From assembly GCA_963790415.1 (NCBI GenBank), contig CAWBOK010000003.1, positions 607,273 to 671,272 of the forward strand: a stretch of 64,000 bases of DNA. Reading direction: 5' to 3'. The notes below the pieces were generated by a model. The model was given only the letters and a program-made list of their open reading frames with translations, did no database searches and was not told the origin of the DNA. The position numbers were made by a program, and so were the translations under genes. Below, in pieces: positions 9,676 through 18,670 of this stretch; position 1 is the first letter of the stretch, and every line of letters starts with the position of its first letter. This DNA is from an uncultured Actinomycetota bacterium. Lineage in GTDB: Bacteria > Actinomycetota > Thermoleophilia > RBG-16-64-13.

Positions 9676-10541
9676 CACGCGGTCTTCGCCGGTCGTGCGC
9701 CCACGGCCTCGAGTAAATCCAGCTGCCGCCGACCGACGATCGCCCGCCCGCCCGGCGGGCCGGGCGCGAGATGGGCATAGCTGCGGAATCCCGCCTCCGT
9801 GGCCGCGTGGAGGGCGGCGATGAGATCTCGGCCTACTTCGGCGGGTGCATGGGCGTCGGATCCGAAGGTGATGGCCACGCCGCTTCTCCGCAGGATGGCC
9901 AAGATGTGATCCGACGGGTAGATCTCGGCCACGGGTTTGTGCAGTCCTGAGGTGTTGATCTCGGCCACGACGCCCTGCCGAGCCATCTCGTCGGCGACTC
10001 TTTCGATCTGCGCATCCAGAGAGCCCACCGGCCGATGGCCGAACTTCTTGACCAAGTCGAGATGTCCGAGCATGGTGAACACACCCGAGCCCGCGGCCTC
10101 CTCGACGTGGGCATAGTACGCTCGGTAGATCTCGTCTACATCGCGCTCTTCGAATTCGCTCACCTGACTGGGGTCGTCGAAGCCCCATCCATCGAGGAAG
10201 TGCACCGATCCGATCACGTAGTCGAAGGGGTGCATGCGCAGCAACTCGACCACATCCGGGATCGTGTCGCGGCGGTAGTCGGCTTCGATACCCAGGTAGA
10301 CATATCCGGGGTACTGGGCCTTGAGCTCCTGCACCTCGGCGACGTAGGCGGGTAGTTCGTCCAGGCTCATCGTCACACCAGGGTCGTTGGTGTGCAACAG
10401 CGGAAGATGGTCGCTGATGCCGATGCCGGACAGCCCGCGCGAACGCGCGACTTTCACGTAGTCGGCCGCCGAGCCGATGGCGTGGCCGCACCGTGCGGTG
10501 TGCGTGTGGTAGTCCGGTAGGCAGAGGGGAGTTGTGTTCAT
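9675..10541 (-). CDS. PHP-family histidinol-phosphatase-like protein
   Basis: start at ATG 10541 (MNTTPLCLPDYHTHTARCGHA); PHP metal-binding His/Asp motifs (HTHT, GISDH, GSVH, GHLD, GSDAH); TGATG overlap with downstream kinase. Confidence 0.8.
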   Translation of the reverse strand: MNTTPLCLPDYHTHTARCGHAIGSAADYVKVARSRGLSGIGISDHLPLLHTNDPGVTMSLDELPAYVAEVQELKAQYPGYVYLGIEADYRRDTIPDVVELLRMHPFDYVIGSVHFLDGWGFDDPSQVSEFEERDVDEIYRAYYAHVEEAAGSGVFTMLGHLDLVKKFGHRPVGSLDAQIERVADEMARQGVVAEINTSGLHKPVAEIYPSDHILAILRRSGVAITFGSDAHAPAEVGRDLIAALHAATEAGFRSYAHLAPGPPGGRAIVGRRQLDLLEAVGARPAKTA

Positions 10542-10564
10542 GCGTTCATCCGGTGGAGGGCGGG

Positions 10565-11089
10565 TCAGAAGATGCGCAGCCGGTTGAGAGGCCAGTAGAT
10601 CATGAAGACCTCGCCCCTCACAGAATCGCGGGCGAGGAAGTCCCATTCGTGGGAATCCATGGAGTTGTTGCGGTTGTCGCCCAGCACGAACAGACTACCG
10701 GCCGGGACTCGTGCCGGTCCGTACGTGTAGTGGGGCACCGCCGCGCCGGCCACGTCGTAGGGCGCGCCGTTCACCAGCACTGTACCGCCGCGCACTTCGA
10801 CGGTGTCGCCCGATAGCCCCACGACCCGCTTGACGAAGGGCACGTCGGAGTGGAGAGACGCGGGGGGATCGAAGACGATGATGTCCCCCCGGCGGATGTC
10901 GCGCACGCGGTAGATGACGCGGTTGCTGAGCACGCGGTCGTTGGGGAGGATGGTGGGGTCCATGGAGGCCGTGGGGATCTCGTAGGGCTTGGCGACCGTG
11001 GCCTGGATGGTCAGGGCCAGCACGATGGCCAACCCCAGTGGCATCACGATCTCACGTAGCACGAAACGGGCTGTCCGGGGGAGACTCAT
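10565..11089 (-). CDS. lepB: signal peptidase I
   Basis: 174 aa; N-terminal TM; catalytic Ser box SMDPT, Lys box [22 protein letters not shown] box. Confidence 0.9.
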   Translation of the reverse strand: MSLPRTARFVLREIVMPLGLAIVLALTIQATVAKPYEIPTASMDPTILPNDRVLSNRVIYRVRDIRRGDIIVFDPPASLHSDVPFVKRVVGLSGDTVEVRGGTVLVNGAPYDVAGAAVPHYTYGPARVPAGSLFVLGDNRNNSMDSHEWDFLARDSVRGEVFMIYWPLNRLRIF

Positions 11090-11547
11090 CGTCCCCCCTC
11101 GGGCGTGGACCGGCTGTCGAGCACCAACGTGAACGGACCGTCGTTCACCAGCGATACCTCCATATGCGCGCCGAAGCGGCCGGCCGCCGTGGGTACGCCG
11201 ACGGCCGCGATGGCCTGTCGGAAGGTCTCTACAAGGCCGTCTGCGAGACGTGGATCGGCTGCGTCGGTGAACGAAGGCCTGCGGCCCTTGCGGGTGTCGG
11301 CATAGAGGGTGAACTGGCTCACCACCAGGGCGTCGCCGCCCACGTCGAGGAGGGACAGGTTCGTCTTCCCGTCCGCGTCTTCGAAGATGCGGAGCCCCGC
11401 GGTCTTCTCGGCCAGGGAGCGCGCGACGTCGGACGTGTCGTCATGACCGACGCCCAACAGGATCAGAAGCCCCCGACCGATGCGGCCGACCGTATCGCCT
11501 TCGACGGTCACGGTCGCCTCCTTCACGCGCTGGATCACCGCCCTCAT
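11086..11547 (-). CDS. dtd: D-aminoacyl-tRNA deacylase
   Basis: 153 aa; MRAVIQRV start, [24 protein letters not shown] signature. Confidence 0.9.
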   Translation of the reverse strand: MRAVIQRVKEATVTVEGDTVGRIGRGLLILLGVGHDDTSDVARSLAEKTAGLRIFEDADGKTNLSLLDVGGDALVVSQFTLYADTRKGRRPSFTDAADPRLADGLVETFRQAIAAVGVPTAAGRFGAHMEVSLVNDGPFTLVLDSRSTPEGGR

Positions 11548-13037
11548 CAGCGGCTTTCACTGCTCGTGGCGGAAACAGCCGAGACCGGAGCGGGGTCCAC
11601 GGCGACACGCGAAAGCGAACCTATCCATCCCCCTTCGGGACGGACGGTCTCCGGCCGTACATGCACGAATCGGTTGATGAGTCGCTCGTCGGCTTCCACC
11701 AGCACCTCGATGTAGTTCCCTGTGAGCGCCGTCAGACGGCCGTCGGGTGATCGTTGCCTCAAGAGCAGCGCGTGCAGCTCGTTGCCGCGGAACCGTTCTT
11801 CGAAAGCCCGCCGTTTCTGGGCGCCGAGGGCGCGCAGGCGGAGACTCCGGTCCTCGATGACCTCGGGCGGAACCTTCGACGCCATCTTCGAGGCGCGGGT
11901 TCCCGGGCGGTCGCTGTAGGCAAAGACATGGAGGTAGGTGAGGGGTAGGTCCTGCGACCAGCTCGTAGGTCTCCCGGAAGTGAGCTTCTGTCTCCCCGGG
12001 AAAGCCCACGATCACGTCGGTGCCGATGGCGGCATCGGGGAAGATCTGCCGCATAGTCCGTACCCGCCGGGCGTACTGCTCCGCCGTGTAGGGACGGTTC
12101 ATCCGGCGCAGGATCTCGGACGAACCGCTCTGCAGAGGCACGTGGAAATGGTGGAGCGAATCGCTCGGCGTGCGTCCGCATGACGGCGAGCACGTCATCG
12201 TCGACCTCCATCGGTTCGGTGGAGCTCAGGCGATAGCGGGCAACGGCGCCGTTGGTGGCAAGGACCGCGAGGAGATCGGCAAGACCGCCCTCGCCGGTGT
12301 CGCGTCCCCACGAGCCCACGTGTATGCCGGTGAGCACCACTTCGCGGTACCCCTGGTCGGCCAGCAGGCGCATCTGAGCGAGAACCTCCGTCGGCGGGCA
12401 TGCTGCGCGAAGGGCCGCGGGCCGCCGGGATCACGCAGTAGCTGCACGATGCGTCGCAGCCGTTCTGGACCTTCAGGAATGCCCGCGTGTAGCCGGAGAA
12501 GTGGGTGAAGAAATCGCCCTCGAAGGCCGTGCGCTCGGTCTCCGTCCGGCCGTAGTCGTACGGGGTCACCGAAGTGCACGGCGCTTGCGAAGTCGCCGGC
12601 GCGTTCGGATCGGAGCCGACCGACGGCGGTCTCCGCGGTCTGCAGGTCATCGAGATGCTGCGCCAGCCGGGACTTGTCGAGGTTGCCCAGAACCAGTGCG
12701 ACCCCGGGGATCGCGGCCACCTTGTCCGGGGCGACCTGGGCGTAGCAGCCGGTGACCGCGACCCGGCTGCCGGGGTCGCGCCGCATGGCCCTGCGGATCT
12801 CGTGCCGGCAGGTCGCGGTCGCTCTTCGCCGTCACGGTGCAGGTGTTGACCACGCGAAACAGCGGTGGCTTCCCAAGGGACCACCACGTATCCCCGGGCT
12901 TGGAGGGCCTCCTCCATCTGGGCCGTCTCGCACTGGTTGAGCTTGCACCCCAGGGTTCGGAAGGCGACCGTCGGGCGGATCGACGCTGGGTGGGCCTGTG
13001 GGAGGCCTGCGGGCGCTGGAGCTCGGCTCCCGGGCAC
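11547..13037 (-). pseudogene. mtaB: MiaB/MtaB-family radical SAM methylthiotransferase (MtaB-like), seven in-order segments in rotating frames
   Basis: segments VAFRTLGCKLNQCE / LFRVVNTCTVTAKSDRD / CRHEIRRAMRRDPGSRVAVTGCYAQ / GYTRAFLKVQNGCDASCSYC (CxxxCxxC) / VLAQMRLLADQGYREVVLTGIHVG / HFHVPLQSGSSEILRRMNRPYT / LTYLHVFAYSDRPGT...TRAM; six junctions each need one base skipped. Confidence 0.8.
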
Positions 13038-13043
13038 GACGGA

Positions 13044-13814
13044 CTACTCCTGCACGAAGACCGGGGTGCCCAGGGGCGCAGACTCCGAGAGCCGGAGGAT
13101 GTCGCCGTTGTGCATCCGGATGCACCCGGCGCTGACATCCTTGCCTATGGTGGAGTCGTCATTCGTGCCGTGGATGCCGGCCTGGCCCCCGCCGGGCCAG
13201 TCCGGGAGCTGCTCGGAGAACGCGCTGATCATCATCACGAGTTCACCGTAGACCCTTCTGTCCGGACGGAACTTCAACGTGACGAAGAAATCGCCCAGGG
13301 CGGTGGGGGTGTTCATCCTGCCTACTGCCACCGGATACGACTGGATCTTGTTGCCGAGTTCGTAGAGGTCGAGCCGATGATCGGAGAGGTCCACGTAGAT
13401 GGCGTGGGTCAAGGGAGCGGTGGTGACGTCGGACGCGCGCACCCACCCTGTCGAGCCGTTCGGACGGGCGGGAACCCGGATCTTGTACCAGGTGGTGCCT
13501 TCGGAGTCCGTCGTCTCACCGATGGCCAGGAAGGTAGAGGAGACCTGGTTGGTGCCCGCCTGGGGGAAGGTGAGCTGGACCGTCGAGCCGGGGTGGGCGT
13601 GATCGTAGACCTGTATGGGGTCGACGGCCGCCGACACGCTGAGATAGCCGCCCTCCGACGTCGCCTGCTGGTATGGGCTGAGCGTGACGCCGGTGTTCTC
13701 GCCGGCTGCCGAGCCCGCGCCGGGGTCGCCAGGCGCCGCGGCCGGGGCGTCGGCCGCGGCATGGCCACCACCAGATAGGCTCGGCACGTCGTTCTTCAGG
13801 ATGGTCAGGCTCAT
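13044..13814 (-). CDS. L,D-transpeptidase (YkuD domain)
   Basis: 256 aa; catalytic GIHGTN...SAGCIRMHN motif; the TM anchor lies upstream of the annotated ATG (see findings), so the true start is probably ATG 13876 with a 1-nt frame problem. Confidence 0.85.
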   Translation of the reverse strand: MSLTILKNDVPSLSGGGHAAADAPAAAPGDPGAGSAAGENTGVTLSPYQQATSEGGYLSVSAAVDPIQVYDHAHPGSTVQLTFPQAGTNQVSSTFLAIGETTDSEGTTWYKIRVPARPNGSTGWVRASDVTTAPLTHAIYVDLSDHRLDLYELGNKIQSYPVAVGRMNTPTALGDFFVTLKFRPDRRVYGELVMMISAFSEQLPDWPGGGQAGIHGTNDDSTIGKDVSAGCIRMHNGDILRLSESAPLGTPVFVQE

Positions 13815-13998
13815 GATCAGGAGGAGCAGGGCACAGCCCAGCAGGATCTTCCCGACCGTTCGAAGAATGAGCGCATCGCGGCTGCGCGGGGTGGGGTCAG
13901 CGGGGGGCTGAGAGGTGGAAGGCGTGGGGTTCAGTGTGTCATCCTAGCTCGAGTTTCCGGTGGCCCAGGGGCCGCTGGGATGGTAGCACACCGGCACG

Positions 13999-14026
13999 AC
14001 GAAGGGCGCCCGGAGGCGCCCTTCGT
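13999..14026 (-). terminator. terminator hairpin downstream of the cytochrome gene
   Basis: ACGAAGGGCGCC-CGGA-GGCGCCCTTCGT, a 12-bp perfect stem with 4-nt loop. Confidence 0.5.
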
Positions 14027-14053
14027 GTCCGTCAGTTGTTCCGTCCTGCCGGT

Positions 14054-14637
14054 CTAGCCGGTGGGCGTGCCTGTTCCCGAAGCCACCGTCGTGGTCGTGG
14101 TCGGCGCGTGCGTCGTGGTGGTGGTCGGCGCGTGCGTCGTGGTCGTGGTCGGTTTGACCGTGGTCGTGGTCGGCGGCGCGGTCGTCGTCGTCGTCGGCCC
14201 AGCCGTGGTCGTGGTCGTCGGCCCAGCCGTGGTCGTCGTGGTCGACGGTGCCGCGGTCGTCGTGGTCGACGCCGGCGGCGCGGTGGTGGTGGTCGTGGCC
14301 GGATGGCAGCTCGGGCAGCCCGCTCCCGAGCTGGGGCGGCACCGCGGCTACGGCAGCGGCGCTCGTGGCAAGCCCCGCAGGCGCTGGTGCTGACATTTCC
14401 TGCCGCCGGCGTGCTGCTGTGGCACGTGCTGCAGGTGTTCATAGCGGCCGAGTGTGCCGGCACATTGTGCGGAAAACCTGCGGTGCCCGCACCGTGGCAT
14501 GCCTTGCAGCTCGAGGTGAAGCCCGCGCTCCCGGGGAACGCCCCGGCCTGGTTGCCGTCGAGCCCGACGGCCACGAACACGGCCAAGGCTACGATCACTA
14601 GTGCGACGATGAGAAGCGATATCTTTTTCATTGTCAC
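14054..14637 (-). pseudogene. small membrane-anchored multihaem c-type cytochrome (4 CXXCH) with Thr/Pro-rich C-terminal tail; frame disrupted
   Basis: N-terminal anchor MKKISLLIVALVIVALAVFVAV, CKACH, CSTCH and CGACH in one frame; a fourth CPSCH (14303-14317) plus ATTTTTAPP...PTTTTTHAPTTTTT tail in another frame ending at TAG 14054-14056; the Arg-rich continuation in the ORF track is out of frame. Confidence 0.65.
14085..14300. repeat. 24-nt period tandem repeats encoding (A/G)PTTTTT units
   Basis: repeated GGTCGGCGCGTGCGTCGTGGT / GTCGGCCCAGCCGTGGTCGT units on the + strand; translates as poly-Thr on the minus strand. Confidence 0.6.
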
Positions 14638-14963
14638 CTCCCTCCCTCTTCATTGCTCGAATACATTGGCAGTTCGATGACTCCTGTGCGTTCGGAGCCG
14701 GGCACCGAGGCGCCCGCTGTAGGCTCAGCGCATGGCTGATGCCGTCCAGTGCTCCCATCATACCTAGATGAGGGGTCGGACTGCAACAGTCTTACCTTGG
14801 CCAGTGAAGCGAATATTCCTTTTTTCGGCCCCCGTCGGCACGAAGTTCCTGCCTCACCGGACGCCCTGTCCGGCGGTCTAGCACGCGTGGCGCACGGATG
14901 CCCCCCGTCACCGGCGCCACACGCCCGTGGTAGCATTGGCGGGCGAATCCGCCCCGTCACAAC

Positions 14964-15485
14964 ATGCCCGAGAGCGTGATAGAGACAGCTCCCCACCCCA
15001 CCGAGAGCAGGCCTTCTTCCTCTACGGAACCATGGCGTCGCCGGTTCGTGCCCCCCATCTTGAGGCGGGACCGTCTGGCGGGTCAGGTGGTGCGCTTCGG
15101 TATCGTGGGGGTCTTGAACACGCTCGTCGACTTCGGCGCCTTCAACCTCATGGTGTTCGTGTTCGGAATGCCCGTCCTGGTGGCCTACCCGTTCTCCGTC
15201 ACCGCCGGCATCGTCAACAGCTTTCTCTGGAACAAGCACTGGACCTTCAGCGCCGGAGGGTCGGCGGCCTGGCGGCGCGAGGCGGTCGTGTTCCTGGGGG
15301 TGAGCCTGAGCGGCCTGCTCATCAACTGGGCGATATTCACCGTGCTGCATCTCTGGATAGGATCGAGTGCGGCTCTTCTGCTGAATCTGGAGAAGCTGGC
15401 GGCTTCGCTGGTCTCTATGGTGTGGAACTTCGTGGGCTATCGCTTCTTGGCCTTCCGGGCGCACCGAAAAGAGCAGGTCGCGTGA
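14964..15485 (+). CDS. GtrA-family membrane protein
   Basis: 173 aa; VRFGIVGVLNTLVDFGAFNL, NSFLWNKHWTF, WNFVGYRFLAFR; four TM helices. Confidence 0.8.
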   Translation: MPESVIETAPHPTESRPSSSTEPWRRRFVPPILRRDRLAGQVVRFGIVGVLNTLVDFGAFNLMVFVFGMPVLVAYPFSVTAGIVNSFLWNKHWTFSAGGSAAWRREAVVFLGVSLSGLLINWAIFTVLHLWIGSSAALLLNLEKLAASLVSMVWNFVGYRFLAFRAHRKEQVA

Positions 15486-16213
15486 TCGGCGGTGGTGCGC
15501 CACCTCGCCTGTCGGTCGTGATCCCCGTTCACAACGAAGCCGAGATCCTCGAGGCGGAGGTGAGCGAGATCGTGGCGGGCCTCGAGACCCGCGGACTCGA
15601 CTACGAGCTTCTGGTCTGCGAGAACGGTAGCACCGACGCCACGCCCGCCCTGGCCGACTCACTTGCTGCCGGGAACCCGCGCATCCGCTCACTGCGCTCG
15701 CCGATAGCCGACTATGGAGCCGCTATGCGGCTGGGGATGGCCCGGGCACGCGGGGAAGTGATCGTGAACTTCGACATCGACTACCATGACGTCGACTTCG
15801 CCGTCCGAGCCGCCGCCCTCACCGACCGATACGGCATCGTGGTGGGCAGCAAGGTCATGGCCGGGTCGGACGACCGGCGCGCGGTCGCGCGCCGACTCAT
15901 CAGCCGGGTGTTCATCCTGGTGCTGCGGGTGTTGTTCGATCGGCATATCGACGATACTCACGGCGTCAAGGTGTTCCGGCGCGATGTGGTGCAGACGTAC
16001 CTGCCCAGCGTGGTCATGGAAGAAGACCTGTTCGACACCGAGCTCGTGGTACGCGCCCGCCGCGGTGGGGTCGCCGTCACGGCGTTGCCGGTGTGTTGTG
16101 AAGAGAAGCGCGCCGCCCGTTCGAGTATCATGAGCCGCATCCCGCGGAGCGTGCTCGGATTGCTGCGTCTGCGGATGATCCTATGGAAGGAGGCGCTGCG
16201 TGGAGTTCGATAG
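15482..16213 (+). CDS. family 2 glycosyltransferase (polyprenyl-phosphate sugar synthase-like)
   Basis: GTG start overlapping the gtrA stop (GTGA); LSVVIPVHNE, CENGSTD, FDIDYH (DxD-like), DTHGVKVFRR. Confidence 0.85.
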   Translation: MIGGGAPPRLSVVIPVHNEAEILEAEVSEIVAGLETRGLDYELLVCENGSTDATPALADSLAAGNPRIRSLRSPIADYGAAMRLGMARARGEVIVNFDIDYHDVDFAVRAAALTDRYGIVVGSKVMAGSDDRRAVARRLISRVFILVLRVLFDRHIDDTHGVKVFRRDVVQTYLPSVVMEEDLFDTELVVRARRGGVAVTALPVCCEEKRAARSSIMSRIPRSVLGLLRLRMILWKEALRGVR

Positions 16214-18575
16214 GCCGAGCGGCGGGCCCGACGTCCCGGAGATGAAGCCGGAACCGGCAGGGCAGCCGGCGGCGCCGGAGCCCGCGGAGACACGGGCGAC
16301 CGTGGTGGCGGCACAGCCGGAGGGCGACGCCCCCGACGATGCGGCCCCTGCGCCCTTGCCTCCGGAGGATGTGGGATCGTACCGGCTGTGGGGCCTGCTG
16401 TCGACCGCTGCCGTCTTCTTGGCGATCTACGCCACGTTGTTCTACTTCTACCGGCCCAATCTGCTCTTCAGCCTGACCACGACGGCGGGCGGCGACACCG
16501 GGGCGCACCACTACCCGGCCATATACATGATCAAGGAGCTGCTGCCGCACTTCCGGCTGACCGGCTGGGCGCCGGGTTGGTATGCGGGCATGCCGATGCT
16601 CACGTTCTACTTCCCGTTCCCGTTCTTGCTGATCGCCATCTTGAACGTCGTGCTGCCATACGAGCTCGCGTTCAAGCTGATCACGGCTCTGGGCGTGTTC
16701 CTCCTGCCGGTGACCGCGTACGCGTACGGACGACTTCTGCGGATCCGGTCGCCGTTCCCGCAATTGGCCGCGGTCGGGGCGCTCGGATTCTTGCTGATGG
16801 AGAGCTACTCCATCTACGGGGGCAACATCCTCAGCACTCTGGCGGGTGAGTTCGGCTTCTCCTTCAGCTTTGCGCTGGTGTGGCTGTTCCTGGGCACGCT
16901 GTATCGTGGCCTGGAGAGGGACCGCTACGACTGGCTCTTCGCCGTGAACGGGCTCATCCTGATGTGTCTGGTGCTTTCGCACATCGTGACCACGATCGCT
17001 CTGGTGGTCATAGCGCCCGGCCTGTTGTTGATCCATCGGCGCCCGCGCGCGGTGCTGTACATGGTCGCCGTGTTCTTCCTCGGCTTCTGTCTCACCGCTT
17101 TTTGGGGACTCCCGTTCCTGGACAAGCTGCCGTGGACCGCCCACATGGCCTGGAACCAGCTGACCACCCTGAAGGACCTGATTCCCGTCGATCTGCGCCC
17201 CGCGGCGGCCATTGGTGTCCTCGGCATGGCGTACGCCATAGCGCGGCGGGAGAGCAGAGTCCTGCCCCTGCTGTGGACCACCGTCTCGATGGTGGTGCTC
17301 TTCTACGTGCTCCCCGACGGACGGCTATGGAATGCCCGGCTCCTGCCCTTCGTCTACTTCTCCGCCTTCCTCTGGGCGGCATACGGCGTCACGTGGCTCC
17401 TCCGCCCGTTTCTGGTCGTGGCCGACGATCTGCTGGCGCTTCCCAGCCGGGTGTCTCGCTGGCTCTACGCCCCGATGTGGGCGATCATCGTCGGTGCCGT
17501 CGTCATCACCGCGAGCACGACCGCTGCCGGGTGGATCAAGTGGAACTACTCCGGCTACGAGGGCAAGCCGGCGTGGCCCGCCTACAAGCAGATCAACGAC
17601 TTCATCGGGGAGCTTCCACCCGGCCGTGTGATGGTGGAGCACTCCGACAAGTTTGACAAGTTCGGTACGCCGCGGGCGTTCGAGATCATCCCCTACTGGA
17701 CGCCGCAGCCCACGATGGAGGGCACTCTGATGGAGGCCTCCTTCACGGCCCCCTTCCACTTCATCAACCAGGCGGAGCTCTCCGTGCAGGCCAGCAACGC
17801 CATCGTGGGAGTCGACTACCCCGGGCGCGACACCAAGCGGGGGCTCACCCACCTGCAGCTGATGAACATCCCGTATCTGATGACGATCACGCCGGAAGTC
17901 ACCAAGGAAGTAGAGGCCGACCCCCGCGCCGATCTGCTGGCCGAGATCCGATACGGGTATGAGGACGTCACGATGGAAAACGGGCAGGTCCAGAAGACGC
18001 CCCGCTACGTCAGCATCTTCCGCATCTCCGGCACGACCGGCTACGTGGAAGTCATGAAGAACGAGCCACTCAAACTAGCCACGACGAACTGGCGGGACGA
18101 CATCGTGCGCTGGTACAAGGATGAACCGTCCCTGCGGGTTCCCATCATCTGGGATCGTGGCGAGCCGGCGCTCGCGGAGTTCCAGTCGATAACCCCGAAC
18201 CAGGTTGTCAACCCGCCGGTGGAGCCCATCAACACCGAGGGCGAGGTGGTGATGGAGCAGCTCGACAACGAGAAGCTGACCTTCCAGACCACGGCCATCG
18301 GCGTGCCTCACTGGATCAAGGTCTCGTACTTTCCCAATTGGAAAGTGGAAGGAGCCGACGGCCCCTTCGTGGCTTCGCCGTCCTTCATGATGGTGATTCC
18401 ACGCCAGCGGGAAGTGACGCTCACCTACGGCCGGACGGCCTCCAACTGGATAGGGCAGGCGCTGACCCTTCTTGGATGGATCGTCGTCGTGGCCTTGCTG
18501 GGGCGCCATCTTCTCATGTGGTGGCGCCGACGGCGGGTCGTGCCGGGCGAGTTCCAAGGGCCCCTCTCAGAGTAG
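16200..18575 (+). CDS. large polytopic membrane protein, GT-C-like glycosyltransferase candidate
   Basis: 791 aa; more than 10 TM helices in the N-terminal 480 aa (GGDTGAHHYPAIYM, GWAPGWYAGMPMLTFYFPFPF) then a soluble about 300-aa domain and a final TM; start overlaps the GT2 gene. Confidence 0.6.
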   Translation: MEFDRPSGGPDVPEMKPEPAGQPAAPEPAETRATVVAAQPEGDAPDDAAPAPLPPEDVGSYRLWGLLSTAAVFLAIYATLFYFYRPNLLFSLTTTAGGDTGAHHYPAIYMIKELLPHFRLTGWAPGWYAGMPMLTFYFPFPFLLIAILNVVLPYELAFKLITALGVFLLPVTAYAYGRLLRIRSPFPQLAAVGALGFLLMESYSIYGGNILSTLAGEFGFSFSFALVWLFLGTLYRGLERDRYDWLFAVNGLILMCLVLSHIVTTIALVVIAPGLLLIHRRPRAVLYMVAVFFLGFCLTAFWGLPFLDKLPWTAHMAWNQLTTLKDLIPVDLRPAAAIGVLGMAYAIARRESRVLPLLWTTVSMVVLFYVLPDGRLWNARLLPFVYFSAFLWAAYGVTWLLRPFLVVADDLLALPSRVSRWLYAPMWAIIVGAVVITASTTAAGWIKWNYSGYEGKPAWPAYKQINDFIGELPPGRVMVEHSDKFDKFGTPRAFEIIPYWTPQPTMEGTLMEASFTAPFHFINQAELSVQASNAIVGVDYPGRDTKRGLTHLQLMNIPYLMTITPEVTKEVEADPRADLLAEIRYGYEDVTMENGQVQKTPRYVSIFRISGTTGYVEVMKNEPLKLATTNWRDDIVRWYKDEPSLRVPIIWDRGEPALAEFQSITPNQVVNPPVEPINTEGEVVMEQLDNEKLTFQTTAIGVPHWIKVSYFPNWKVEGADGPFVASPSFMMVIPRQREVTLTYGRTASNWIGQALTLLGWIVVVALLGRHLLMWWRRRRVVPGEFQGPLSE

Positions 18576-18670
18576 CGCGTCGCCGGCGTCGCGGGTGGGC
18601 GACCGAGGACGACGCATCGCGCCGCCCAGTGCGCCCCGGCGGCCGCAGGCTTCGTTTCGGGGCGATTTCC

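Noticed and set aside
14085-14300. Regular short repeats that could be mistaken for a CRISPR array or VNTR
   Set aside because: The period is 24 nt with no unique spacers. The repeats translate into a continuous Thr/Pro linker within a gene.
13934-14680. 248-aa plus-strand Arg/Gly-rich ORF, plus the Arg/Pro-rich C-terminal half of ORF 14032..14637
   Set aside because: These are alternative readings of the (ACC/ACG)n poly-Thr repeat region of the cytochrome gene. The RRRGRG and RPRRPR strings are frame artefacts.
14634-17144. Long minus-strand ORFs 14634..15692 and 16128..17144
   Set aside because: Antisense to the GtrA/GT2/GT-C genes, which have clear motifs and TM patterns. The composition is Arg/His/Gln/Glu-rich and not protein-like.
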